The notes below the pieces were generated by a model, which did not search any database, was not told where the DNA came from, and was given only the letters and a program-made list of their open reading frames with translations. Of a stretch of DNA of 64,000 bases, positions 11,301 through 23,529 are shown piece by piece (position 1 is the first letter of the stretch; every line of letters starts with the position of its first letter). A program made the position numbers and the translations under genes. This DNA comes from Balamuthia mandrillaris (Eukaryota), in assembly GCA_031835245.2 (NCBI GenBank), contig JAVKOQ020000079.1:124001-188000 (forward strand), read 5' to 3'.

Positions 11301-14300
11301 GAGTGGCACAGTGAACTTGAGGTAGTGCTCCTCCGCGGCAAACTTCTGCTTCAACAAAAAGTACTCATGATGGAAAACTCATGATGGAGGATGCGCTCTC
11401 CATCCACGTCCTCTACCAGCACCCAAAAGCCCATAGCGGTGCCATGGTACTGCTCGTCCCACTCAAAGTCTGGACGGAGGGCCAAGTCCACAGAAACCAG
11501 AGAGCGAGTGATCGGTTGTACTGAGGCGGAGAGGTCCAAACGAGGGAACTTGTGGACGAGCTTGAAGATGGGCTTGCCTTGAGAAGGGTAGCGAATGAGC
11601 TCTCCAATCTCACGGGAGTTAAGGTCGTAGAGGCGATCAAAAGGAAAGTCCTTGCGTTCCAACTTCTTGATGATGACCTCCGCCGTGGCGTGGAACTGAC
11701 GGAGAGGGGATTGAGAGGCCCACATGCGACGATCCACCATCTTGCAGACGGCCAGGCAACGTTCAGCCAGGTTAGCCCAACCTCGCTTTAACACAATCTC
11801 AAAGAGAGCTCGCATGAGACGGCCAGCGCTTTGTGTGACGTAGACCATGTCGCTGACCAGAGCAAAGCCTTCCAAACGAAGATTGGAGATGTAGGCTTGA
11901 AGAAGGACGTTAACTTTGGCAGCGGGGTCTTCGATACTCTCCTTGACGGGGATGGGAACGCGAGTAAGCAATTTTTCCAGCTCCAGCTTCTCCTCTTCTC
12001 GCACGTTGATGTACTTAAACTCTTCTGAAAGAGAGAACAGGCGGAAAAGCTCTATGTCGCTCATGTTGGGTTTGAGGTGTTCGTTGTAGGTGGCCATGCT
12101 AGAGTGGGAAACGTAAAAATGACTAGCCACTCGTCCCAAGTCCAACACCTGGAAGGCGCCCGTCTTACGGTCGTAGCGAATAAGGTTAGCTTTGTCTAAC
12201 ATGGTCGCTGCCGAGTGGATGAGATCCGCTCTACGTTGCTCCAGAAACTTGTCATTCTCAAATTCCTCCCAGCTGATGCCATAGAGCGTTGGATTACGCA
12301 TCATGCGCACGTAGAGATAGGTATAGCCCAACCACTCCACGGCATCCTTGGCGTTCTGAATGGAACCGAGGACGATCTCGGCATTGAGGTTGTCAGGAAG
12401 GTTGCGCAGGTACTGGCTCTCGATGGGCAGCTGCTGGTTCAACAGGGAGAGATAGTACTGTAGCTCAGAGTGGGAGGTAATGACGATACCCTGACCTAAA
12501 GTGTCCATGCGCGGTCTTCCAGCTCTGCCCAGCATTTGCATCACGTCCAGCGGGCTGAGTTCCACCCAACGACCCTTCTCGGGGCTGTAGATCTGAGTGC
12601 CTTTAATGATGACGGTGCGGGCTGGCAAGTTGACTCCCCACGCCAATGTGGCCGTGGAGCAGAGCACCTGGATGTGACCATCAGCAAAGAGATCTTCCAC
12701 CAGGTCCCTGTCTGCTCGAGCCATACCGGCATGATGGATGGCGAAGCCAAACGGAAGGAGCTCCTTGAGCTCCTTGTTCTTGGTGTTCTCGACTTCGGTT
12801 TGCAGGACCTCTCTGCTGGAAGCCTCCGTAAGGAAGTTGCCTATGGTGTCGTTCGCCATGGCCATATCCTTCAAGGCTCGGGCCGTCTTGGCGGTTTCCT
12901 TGCGGGAATGGACAAAGATGAGGCACTGATGCTTGCCAGCGAGCTTCATCACCTTCTCGTAGCATATCTCGTTCATGATTTGGAAGCGTTTAAGGGCCTT
13001 GCGCTCGGTTACGCCAATGTACTGCTGCTCCAAGGGCACAGGTCTGTAGCGATTGTCAAAATAGAAGAGGCCAGTGTCAGGGTCCACTCGCAGGAGTAAG
13101 GCAACGTCCTTGTAGTTAGGAAGAGTCGCGCTGAGTCCCACTAAGCGAATCATTTCTTGTGTAGTCTCGATCTGTCTGATGGTACGTGCGATGATGCTCT
13201 CCAGCACGGGGCCACGTTCGTCGTGCAGCAAGTGGATCTCGTCGATGATGATCAGGCGTACGAGTTGCGTATAAGTGCGGTCTCCGCTCTTGCGGGTGAT
13301 GATATCCCATTTTTCGGGTGTGGTGATGATGAGTTGGGTCTCGTTGATTTGCTGTTTGGTGAGGTTGACATCTCCGCTGAGCTCCTTGACAGTAATGCCC
13401 AACGGCTTCAGCAGCGAAGAAAACTTGAGGACCATTTCGTGGACGAGGGACTTCATTGGGGCGATGTACACCATCTTGAAGTTCTCGAGGTTGACCGTCC
13501 CGTCCTCGTTCATGTTCAGTCCTATCTCGTGAAACATGGTCAAGAGAGCGATGTTGGTCTTGCCAGCTCCAGTTGGAGCACAAATGAGCAGGTTGTCCGC
13601 CGTTTTAAGAGCTGCGTGATAGACTCGGCTTTGAATACGATTCAGGCCCTTAAACTCTTCATCATGCTCGAAGCAGCGTTGCACGAACTTGGGCAACTCT
13701 TCTTTGGGGACAAGGCGCTCGGAGGGATCCATGTCCGGAGCCTTAAGAGCGGGCACGGAGACCTCTTCGAAGCCTTTGTGTTTAGTGCGATAGGAACCTT
13801 CAGGTAGACGACACTCAGTGTTGCTCATGAGATGGCTGCCAGCCTCGAAGACAAGAGACTCCAAATCCAACACTTTGGCTCCTTTGACTAGGGCACTGGC
13901 TTCCTCGTCGATGCTTCCTACTCCTTTTCCTGCTCGAAGGAGGTGGTCCGAGTCCTTCGCTTTCAGGGACCTGGCTTCCTGACGAATGGAGCGTTCGATT
14001 TCCTTGCTTCGATCTCCGCCGGCTGCACCCTCACCCGTGGTCCTCTTGAGAGCGGCAAGGATGGAGCGAAGGGTGCGAGATTCTTGCATCTCCTCCTCGA
14101 TTCTTTGCCGCTCCTCCTCGTTCTTGGCACGAGCGAGACGAGTGCAGAAAACGATCTGCCAGCGGTTGCGCAGCAGCACTTTGATAAAGTCAAACTTCTC
14201 ATAGTCCAAAAGCTGCACTAACCGATTTTCGCAACGACGGATATCAGCTTCCTTGTCACTGAGGATGGTCAAGACCTCCTCCTCCATCTTCTGGGAGTTG

Positions 14301-15256
14301 AGAGCATCCTTGAAGAATTTACTGAGCTCTCGTTGCAGCCAGTAGGCGTCGATCTTTTTGGGATCCACGACCAGAGGGTCTTTGAGCCGCTTAGCGGCAC
14401 CATCCTCCTCATCAGCTGCTGTGGACGTCATCGTCACCTCCTTTCCTCCAGCGGCGAGAGAGTCCATAGCTTCTGTGTCCTCCCCTTCCTCCTCGTCCTC
14501 GCTATCTTCGTCTCGCAAAATATCACCATAGTCCTCTTCCTCGCTTTCGCTCTCCTCAAAAACAACGCTGACGCCCAACTGCTCGTCTATACTTCCTTCT
14601 CCTCGCGCCGAGGAACTTCCTCCCTCCTCATCTTCATCGCCCTCTCCACCAGCTCCCACGTTCTCCATAAAGTCGTTGATGGGCCGCACAATGTCCACCA
14701 AGCCATCGTACTGCTCATTGGTGAAGGGGACCAACAGCTCCTCCACTCTCCCCTTCTTCTCGGGGGCGCGCAGAGACTCGTCCTTCAGGATGATGAGCAC
14801 CTCGGTGGCCGCATCTCTCAGGACGTCCTGCGGCTGGTCCCCGAGCGTGCGCTTGATGAAGGTGAGCAGCCGCTCGTAGGCCAGTTGGGTTTCTTTGGTT
14901 TTGGGTCGGTAGCCCTCAAAAATCTCTCCCTCCACCTCCAGAATGCCCTTTCTCTTCTTGTCGCCCCGCTTTCCCGCCCGCATAAAGTCCTCCTCCTCCT
15001 CGTCCTCCCCTCCGCCGAGCGCCGCGCCGTGTTTCCGCTTGCCCTTCTTCTTGCTCAGCCGCTCCCTCAGCTCCTTGGGGATGCCCTCGTTGCGGGCTCT
15101 GTCTCCAAACTGTTGGGGCCTGATGCGGCCGGCCAGCGTCTCGGGTTCGCCGGTGGGCTCGTTGGTGGGGCGAGAGCCGCTGCGGTCCACCGTCAGCACC
15201 AGGTTGGAGTTTGATCTGTATTCATACTGTTGGAACTTGGCGTAGGCATCCGCCAT
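8376..15256 (-). CDS. SNRNP200: U5 snRNP 200 kDa helicase Brr2 (two Ski2-like helicase plus Sec63 cassettes), intronless, frameshifted at about 11363-11388
   Basis: QYEYRSNSNLVL, PTGEPETL, APTGAGKT, DEIHLLHD and QMLGRAGRP in the first cassette; APTSSGKT and DELH in the second; C-terminal SDAYAGCDQEY. Confidence 0.97.
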
Positions 15257-15908
15257 GTTTTTTTCCTTCTGTGTTTGTTGTGTGGTTCTTGTTATTTGCT
15301 TTTGCGCTCTCTCCTTTCTGTGAGGTAAAAAAAAAAATAATAATTTGATTATCAGCGGAGGAAAAAAAATCAATTGAAAAAGTTCACTCCAATTTTTTTT
15401 ATTAACAACTCGAACCTGATCTTGAGCGAAGTGAATCCAAAGAAACAACACAGACAAAGATCGTTCTTCTCTTTCCTCACTCACTCACTCAAAAGCTTGC
15501 TTGGTCTTCCCCGCCTCTTCCCGTGCGCTCCCTTCCCTTCTTTCTTTCCAACAAAAAAAAATAAAAAAAATAATCGAAAAAGTTGGAGAACATGTTCCGT
15601 CGACACGATGGAAAAACTGCAGACAAAGCAATTTATGTGGACAATTGTAGACATCTGCTCTTCCCATAATTCTCTTTTTGAGGATCAAATCTGCTCTGAT
15701 CCGATTGGCTATGGATGTCGACCAAAATCAGATAGATCAATCGAGTTCCTTGGAATAGAGTAAATTCTGTCTTCAGCAGAACCCTTTAAGATATGGACGT
15801 TTCGTACGTCAAGGAGAGGTCCTACCGTCGCTCAGCAAAAAATTAAAAACAAGAGAAACAAATTGTGTAGAGTACAAAGAAAAGAAGGGAAGAAGAAAAG
15901 ATAGACAC

Positions 15909-16343
15909 ATGGCAGACCCGAAGATCGCCGGCCTGGTGAGCCGATTCGAGGGAGGCGGTGGAAGCAGCACCACAACCTCATCCTCCTCTCCTGCAGCTGC
16001 CTACTCGGGACCCGTGGGAGGAGGGGAAGGGAGCGTGGACACTTCCAGCATAAGCAAGGAGGACGCGGAGAGGACCATGCGGACGGTGATGAACCCCTGC
16101 CGACCCAGCCCTCGTTCCCCTCCTGCCTTTGTGGGGAACATCACCCCTGGGGGTGGCACCGTGACCTCCTCCCAGCCCACCCGAAAGATCCAGCCCGGCA
16201 CGCACCCCTGGATCCACTCCAGCACAGGCGGCCACCCCACCCCTGGCAAGAAAGCCATCGTCCTCCCGCCGGAGGGCGCCTACGGCGGAGTTGGCCTGGT
16301 CTCCCCGAATCGCTCCCCCAACTTGCCGCGGGCCGGTGAATAA
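15909..16343 (+). CDS. Small Gly/Pro/Ser-rich protein of unknown function (144 aa)
   Basis: Single GC-rich ORF between AT-rich flanks with strong C/G third-position bias. Divergent from Brr2. Confidence 0.75.
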   Translation: MADPKIAGLVSRFEGGGGSSTTTSSSSPAAAYSGPVGGGEGSVDTSSISKEDAERTMRTVMNPCRPSPRSPPAFVGNITPGGGTVTSSQPTRKIQPGTHPWIHSSTGGHPTPGKKAIVLPPEGAYGGVGLVSPNRSPNLPRAGE

Positions 16344-16745
16344 CCGAACAGAAGCCGGAGAAGAAGAAGAACAACGAACAAAAAAAATTAATAATAATGA
16401 GGGAGAAAGAAGAGAGGAGAGAGAGAGCAAGAGAAAGAGAAAGACTCGGCTGGGTCGGTTGAAATGTATTTTTTTTTTGTTGTGCGTGCGTGTGTGTGTT
16501 TATCGATAAGAAGAGCAACATTTGGTTTGTTGGTTGGTTCGTGGAGATTGTAATAACCTTTTTGACCACCCTCAATCCTTCTCCTTCTCTCTCTCTCCTC
16601 CTCTCTCTCTCTCTCTCTCTCTCTTTCTCTGTCCACTCGCTTAAATAATTTCAGGACGACACGAAAAATTGTCTACAATAAAGACCCTCACCCAAATCGA
16701 AAAAAAAAAAACAAATCAAATCAAAGATCTTCGCTCAGAAGTGCG

Positions 16746-17230
16746 ATGCACGCATCTCAGGGGACGAGCGCCGCGGCAGGCGCGGGCAATGCAAGCGCTT
16801 CCAGCAGCGGTCTTTTCACCGTGGACGGCAAACCCATGGGCTTCTACGTCCCGCCCTCCACTTCCAAAGCAAAGATCGTTGGCCTTATCGAGGTTTGAAT
16901 TAAAACCTCCCCCCACTTTTTTCCCCCCCCAAGGGCAAACCTGATCCCTAACCTTAGATTTGATCCTAACCCTTGATCCAAACTAACCCTTACCCTCATT
17001 TAAACAAAACTTGAAAAAAAAAAAAAGAGCAATGGTGGCAGAGTGAATACCCGTTGGAACAACCATTTGATCACGCTGGTGGACCCGGGCACTACGGATC
17101 TTTCCAGGCTGAGCTCCAGGCCGAACATTAGGGTCTTTTCCTTGGCTTATGTGCTCGATAGCGTGCAAGCCGGCCAACTGCAGGTTTGGTTCCTCCTCTT
17201 TTCTATTTGGGATTTATTTTAGAGTCTTTT

Positions 17231-17267
<37 letters not shown>

Positions 17268-19156
17268 ACGTTCATCTTCTGATTTTTTTTGTTGGATTCC
17301 TTGGTACTTGCGTTCATAAAGGATTTGCAACGTTATGCCTTGCGTCCCCCACAAACGCCTTTCTCTCCCACGAGAGTGGCCTACACCGCCGAGGAGGACC
17401 AAAAGATCTTGGAATACGTGCGGACACGTTCTCCCATCGCCATCAAGGGCAAGCTATTCTGGCAAGAGCTTGAAGCTTCTGGGGTGCTACTTTCATTCCT
17501 CCCCTGTTCTCCCTCTCTTTCTGTCTTTCTGTCTCTCTGCTTACTTTGTTTCTTTGATCAGATCCTTCCCGGCAGAACCTGGCAGTCCCTACGTGACCAC
17601 TATCTTAAAAAGCTGCAGCCCTACCGTGACGATCCCTTATCTCAAGAGGCCTTTGGAGGGGCAGGAGGCGAAGAAGATGAAACTTTCTCCCTCTTTCCTC
17701 TCTCACAGCCTCCGCAAACGCAAGCGAGCACTCCAACTGCCACCACACCTCTTCATCCTCGTCAACAACCGTCGACGATGACGCCCATGCTATTTGCTTT
17801 TTCATCTTCTCCGACATCGAACACCCCAACTTCATCGCAGGCATCGTCAAGGCAACCTTATCTCTCAGTGCCTGTTTCTCCTCCGCTTCACACGCAACCA
17901 CCAGAACTCGACGAGGAGGAGGATGAAGGCCCTTCCCCCTTTTCACCTACTGGTAATATGGTTACTTCCGCTTCTTCTGCGACTACGATCGCTTCGAAAG
18001 CAGCTCATCTTCTTCATCATCACCACGTTCATTCACTTGTAGGAAGGGGAGAAGGTGCAGCAGGAGGAGCTTTCCCCCCTCTCTTGGCCGAAGTAGCTCC
18101 TCATGCTTTGTTTGATGAGGGAGGCGAAGAATTGGCCTCTGGTACCGTTATTCAAAACATCCTCTCTTCTTCCACTTCTTCAAGAACTATAGAAGCAGCA
18201 ACAGGAGCAAGAGAAGTAGCAGAAGGAACCGAAGATAGAGGAAAGAAGCAAAGAAGAACAAGAAAGAGAAAGCAAATCGATTTAACCGCAGAAGAAGACG
18301 GCACAACAATGACAACAACGGACAAACAAACAAAAAAGAAACAAAAAAGAAGAAGGAGCAGCCGTCGTCGACTCGACTTTGCTGACGTGGAAGGAAGGAA
18401 GTGGTTGCTCTCCTCTTTGGAGCTGCTCAAACGAAAAGATGCCGGAGAACTTAAAGCTAAAGATTTTCTCCACCTTTCGGAGGGAGAGCAGAGCGCGCTG
18501 GAGGTGCTGAGGCTGATGAGGCAGACCAAAAAGCCCTTCAAGGTGGTACTGCACGCTTTGATCTCGCACAATGGCCATGTGAATCATGCTAGGAGATATC
18601 TCCTTCACCCTGCTGGTTTGTTTTCTTTTTTATTCTCTCCCTCTCCCTCTCCCTCTCCCTCTCCCTCTTCCCTCTTCCCTCTTCCCTCTTCCCTCTTCCC
18701 TCTTCCCTCTTCCCTCTTCCCTCTTCCCTCTTCCCTCTTCCCTCTTCCCTCTTCCTCCTTCCTCCTCTTCCCTCCTTCCTCTCTCTTCCCTCTCCTTCTT
18801 CCCTCTTTCCCCCTCTCCCTCTCTCTCTTCCTCTTCCTCTTCCCTCTTCCCCTCTCCCTCTTCTCTCTCTCCTCTCTTCCTCTTCCCTCTCCCCTTCCCT
18901 TCCCTCCCTTCCCTCTCCCTCTTCCTCTTCCCCTCTTCCCCTCTTCCCTCTCTCCCTCTCCCTCTCCCTCTTCCTCTCCCTCTCCCTCTCCCTACGAAAA
19001 ACAGCAAAGTCGTTAGCCAAGCCATGGACGCCGCTAGAGGATGATGCGGTGAGGGGCCACAACCGCGGCCTTATGGAGGAGCTCATGAACACTCGCGGCA
19101 TGGCCGCCCTGGCCACCCGCTACGACTATCTTCACGATTTGGAGAGCACCGCTTGA
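16746..19156 (+). CDS. RAP1: Telomeric protein Rap1 (BRCT - Myb - RCT)
   Basis: BRCT LFTVDGKPMGFYVPPSTSKAKIVGLIE|SNGGRV. Myb RVAYTAEEDQKILEYV...KGKLFWQELE|..RTWQSLRDHYLKKL. RCT VLHALISHNGHVNHARRYL|..PWTPLEDDAV..RYDYL. Introns at 16893-17027, about 17185-17321, 17485-17561 and 18616-19003. Confidence 0.88.
16946..16997 (+). repeat. Degenerate CCCTAA-like hexamer array in Rap1 intron 1
   Basis: ccctaa ccttag atttga tcctaa cccttg atccaa a ctaa ccctta ccctca. Confidence 0.55.
18636..18992 (+). repeat. Intronic polypyrimidine (TTCCCTC)n / (CTCTCC)n tract
   Basis: About 350 nt essentially without purines, in the last Rap1 intron. Confidence 0.95.
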
Positions 19157-19308
19157 ATCGCCAGCATGAATTTTTTCTTAATTTTAGCCAATCGGATATT
19201 TTTGTAGACAATATATTTCCATTTTTTGAATTTTTCAACAATATGTTGCGATTATTTTTAATTATTCTGAAAAAATATCCTCTAACAAACAAAAAAAATA
19301 AAATAAAG

Positions 19309-19961
19309 ATGGAGAAAGAAGTGGCAGACGAAGAGGAAGGAAAGTTTGAGGACCAAAGGCTTGACCTGCATGAAGGAGAGGAAGAGGCAGGTTCTTCGTC
19401 TTCATCATCATCTCTCTCGTTGGAGGAGCGCTACACTGTCAAATTGGGCGAAAAGGCAGTCATCTATGACGTCCGAATCAACGACACCAAAACGTTGAAA
19501 CTGGCTGCTTCTTCTCCTTCTGATGCAAAAGAAGCCAACCAAGTTTTCACTGTGAGTCTTTTTCTCGTTCTTCACCTTTTTTTTATGTTTTCCAACTAAA
19601 TGTGTGTTTTTTTTTGAAGTTATATAATATAGAACTTTATTCGATCACTTCCGCCCAGCCACAAATCGTTCGAAAACGATTCAGCGACTTTATCACGTTC
19701 CATAAAATGGTTTCTTGCCGTATCTCTGCTCTCGTTCTGTCTCTGTCTCTCTCTGTCTCTCTGTCTCTCTGTCTCTCTGTCTCTCTGTCTCTGTCTCTGT
19801 CTCTGTCTCTGTCTCTGTCTCTCTGTCTCTCTGTCTCTCTCTGTCTCTCTCTCTCTCTCTCCTCTGTCTCTCTCTGTCTCTCTCTGTCTCTCTGTTCTGC
19901 TCTGCCTCTCTCTCTCTGTCTCCTCTCTCTGTCTCTCTGTTCTCTCTCTGTCTTCTCTCTG

Positions 19962-20005
<44 letters not shown>

Positions 20006-20029
20006 CTAACAACAGCCACCATACTAAAC

Positions 20030-20061
<32 letters not shown>

Positions 20062-21387
20062 TAGCTACAAAAGAAGTTTGCCAAGAACAAATTACCTCCT
20101 CTTCCTTCCAAAGCGATCTTTCGCAACTCTTTAGACCCGCAGCTGGTCTCTTCGAGAAAGGATCAACTCGAAAAGTATCTCCGCGAGTTGCTTTGTCTCA
20201 AAACAACGGAAGAAGAGGAAGAGGAAGCAGAAGAAGTATACAAAGAAACGAAAGAGAGAGAGGCGAAAGAAAAAGAGAAGGAGAAAGAGGAGAAAGAGAG
20301 TGAAGGCGAGGAGAAAGAAGAAAGCGAAGAAGAGAAACAGGAGAAGAGAAGAAAGAGAGAAAAGAACGTAACGTTTAGGCGATTTATGACGAGACTGTTC
20401 TTCAACTTGTTCGACTTGAACGAACGTGTAGCTCTCATCGTCGACGCAGAGGGAACGAGAGGATGCTTCGAGGTGGCCTCCATGTTTACTCGTCTTGGTG
20501 CTCACGTCTTCATTGGTACATTTCCTTTTCATTTATTTCTCTTTCTCTTTCTTTTGTTTTTGTTTATGTTAACCATGTTCGTACTTTTTTTTAGGTTGTT
20601 CTTCAGATGAGGAAGGTGCATTGCTTGTTGACCGCATTCGTAAAGGTTAGAACAAACCAAGGTGACATGATTGAGAAACCTTTGGTAACCAATATGTTGC
20701 ATTTTTTTTTCACAACAGAAACAGCACAGAAGAGAGTGGAGTATATGCGCCTGGATCTGGCTTCCTTGTCCTCTGTCGAGCAGTTTGCTCAGGCCTTTTT
20801 GGCAAAGAACTTGCCTCTGCACTACCTTGTCAACATACCTGCGCCTTCTTCATCTTCCGATTCCGAGTTTAAGAGCTTCCTTGGGTATGCCTCCTTTCCC
20901 TCCTTGCTGCTTCATTCTGCATTCTTCATTCTTCACTTCGTTCTTCTTTTTCCTTCTGCTTTCTTCCTTCTACACCTCACACTTCTTTTAATCTATGTTT
21001 CAACTACAGAACGTTCCTTCTCACTCGCCTCTTACGAGAGAGACTCGAACAGAGTGCGCCTAGCCGTGTGGTCAATATTTGCCCAAAGGCTGTGCGACTG
21101 CCATCCAGCTCTCGCTCTGACCTTCTTGCCACTGCTTCTGCTTTAGACAGAGACAACAACTTAATGCCCAGAGCCGGAGAAGGTACGTAATGCTCTTGGC
21201 TTGTTTCTCCTCTCCAGAGCAAGAGAGAAGAATGGTACTTATGAAAAGTTTGCTGTTGAATAGCAGAGTTGCAGAAAACGAACAAAATGGCGTCACTGAT
21301 GCTCAGTTATGAGCTTGGCCGTCGCTTGCGAGGAACCGGTGTCGTAGCCCATTCTCTTGGCCTTTCTCCTCTTTTCCTTGCTTGTAA

Positions 21388-21428
<41 letters not shown>

Positions 21429-21846
21429 CATTTCGGCCTCACAATTTTATTTTTATTTTTATCTTTAACTTTATCTTTATCTTTATCTTTATCTTTATTT
21501 TTATTTTTATTTTTATTTTTATCCGCTTCTGTTTCTTCTTCTTGATCAAACAGGTGACAAAGCGAACAGCGTCAAAGCGAATGCATTCATGAAACAGCCC
21601 TTAGTCAAATGGATGACAGCAGGAAGAGAACAACACAAAGTAACGCTGATGGAAGACACTTGCTCTCTCTTCTATTGCTTGCTATCACGCGAAACCGGGT
21701 CACAAACGGGGTTCTACTGGGAAGATTGTTTGCCGGTAGCTTCCGATCCGCTCTCGCTCGCTCTCTTTGCTTCGCCCTCTTCCTCTGAGGACGATCCGCT
21801 TTCTTTGTTGTGGAGAAACTGCGAGGCTTCAACCTCTCAAAGATAA
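19309..21846 (+). CDS. PX domain fused to a degenerate RDH/WWOX-type short-chain dehydrogenase domain
   Basis: PX: VRKRFSDFITFHKM|LQKKF..LPPLPSK..RKDQLEKYL. SDR: RVALIV, LDLASLSSVEQFAQAF..LPLHYLVN, ELGRRLRGTGVVAHSL, GFYWEDC, LWRNCE. Confidence 0.8.
19737..20058 (+). repeat. Intronic (TCTG/TC)n plus (CA)n microsatellite
   Basis: Direct reading of the sequence. Confidence 0.95.
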
Positions 21847-21878
21847 CAGGAAGCTTTGTGTGTGTTTTTTTCTTTATT

Positions 21879-23491
21879 TTAAAGAAATGAAGGAGCATCA
21901 TAAAGAGCTTTTCTATCTTGGTTGACGGGCCGAGGTTGAGCCGTTCCTTCCGCATCGTCTTCATCCGATGAGCCAAAATCATCATCTTTCGAAGAAGTAG
22001 AATCCGATTCTTCATCCGATGATTCACTTGCACTGCTATCTAGACTCCACTGTTTCATTTGTTCTGCTTCTTTTTTCTTTTCGGCTTCTTCTTCTTTTGG
22101 TTTGGACTCGAGAGGAGATGCAGCAGGAGCGTTATTCGTGTTGTTGAGCCGAAGTGGAGTCGTTGCTGCTGATGCGGGTGTTGATTTTGTGTCTTCGAAA
22201 AGAGCTGGACTTGCGCTTGTATCGGAGTAAAGGGCGATGCGTCCAGTATCTACCATTGTTGTTCCTGAGATCATGTCCTCTCTGTCTTCGTCATCTCCTT
22301 TCTTTTTCTCTTCTGAGTCTGATGACGAGGACGAAGAAAGAGAAGAAGCAGGTGATGAATCAGAGGAATGCTTTTCATCGTCATCGAGACGATGCTTGTT
22401 GCTTCCTCGAATAGCTTTACGAATGTCCAAAGACTTTCTTACCGGCACTTTCTTTTCTTCTTCATCCGTGCCTTTCTTCTTCTTCTTCTTCTTCTTCTTA
22501 TCCTTTTTCTTCTTTTTCTTCTTCGCATCCTCTTTTCGCATTCTTCTGAATGCATCTTTTTCAGCTTGTTGCTTCAAAAACTCGAGCGTGGGCATCACCT
22601 CCTCCAACGTTCGCTCCAACTTTGACAACCTCGCGCTCATCGACTGTACTCGACTTTCGGAGGATTTAACTTGAGAAGTAACCACATCTAAACTCGTTTT
22701 AAACTTGTTCAACTCTTTCTCTCGTTTGTAGTTGTCGGTGTGAGAAGATGCACCGTGAAGACGCGAGGCAAGTAATGAAGAGGATGAAGACGAGGACGCA
22801 GAGATGAGGCCCTCTACTCTGCTTACGAGACGCATCGTTCGTTCTTCCTCCTCTTCCTCCTTATCTTTGTCTTGTTGGTAACGTAATGCTCGTTGATGAG
22901 GTATCCATGCTAGGTTTGCTGGTTTCTCTTTCAGCTGTATGAAATGGTTTGTTAAAAGAAGAGGAAAAGAGAAAAAGAAAAGAGAAACGAAAAACAAGAA
23001 AAAAAAAAAGCAAGAATAGAAAGCAAAAAAGATAAAGAGAACAAGGAAAAGAAGGAGAAAGAGACAAAAAATACCATATCAGTAACGAACTGCTCTGGTC
23101 CAGTGTACTCCGTCTCTGGCTTTAACTTGAGGTGCATCATGAAGTAAATATAAGACCACATGTTATGATCCAACGTGATGTGCTTGTCAAAGCCTTCCTT
23201 CGTGTGTCGGTCCAAAGTGCTGCGGTCCAAGTTACATATGAAGCACCGCATCGCGATGTCCTCTTCGGTTTCCTTCACGTGAGCTCGAAGTTCTCCGAAC
23301 GTGTCGATGATGATACCGAAAATGATGTTGAGGAGGATGACGATCACCAAGAAGAAGAAGGATGAGTCATAGATGTAACGCCATACCGTTCCTGACTCGG
23401 ACCATGATGGTGGCTTCATCACGTCTCCTACTCCTCCTCCTCTTAATCTGTTTTTGTTTACGTTGCTTAGAAAGATACGACCTGAGAGAGG

Positions 23492-23529
<38 letters not shown>

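Noticed and set aside
11361..11390. Tiny spliceosomal intron repairing the Brr2 frame
   Set aside because: The GT-AG spans checked are multiples of 3, and the 14-nt removal needed lacks GT-AG ends.
8697..15245. Long antisense or alternative-frame ORFs over Brr2, and similar ones over the ankyrin and ABP34 genes
   Set aside because: Shadow ORFs caused by GC3-biased codon usage.
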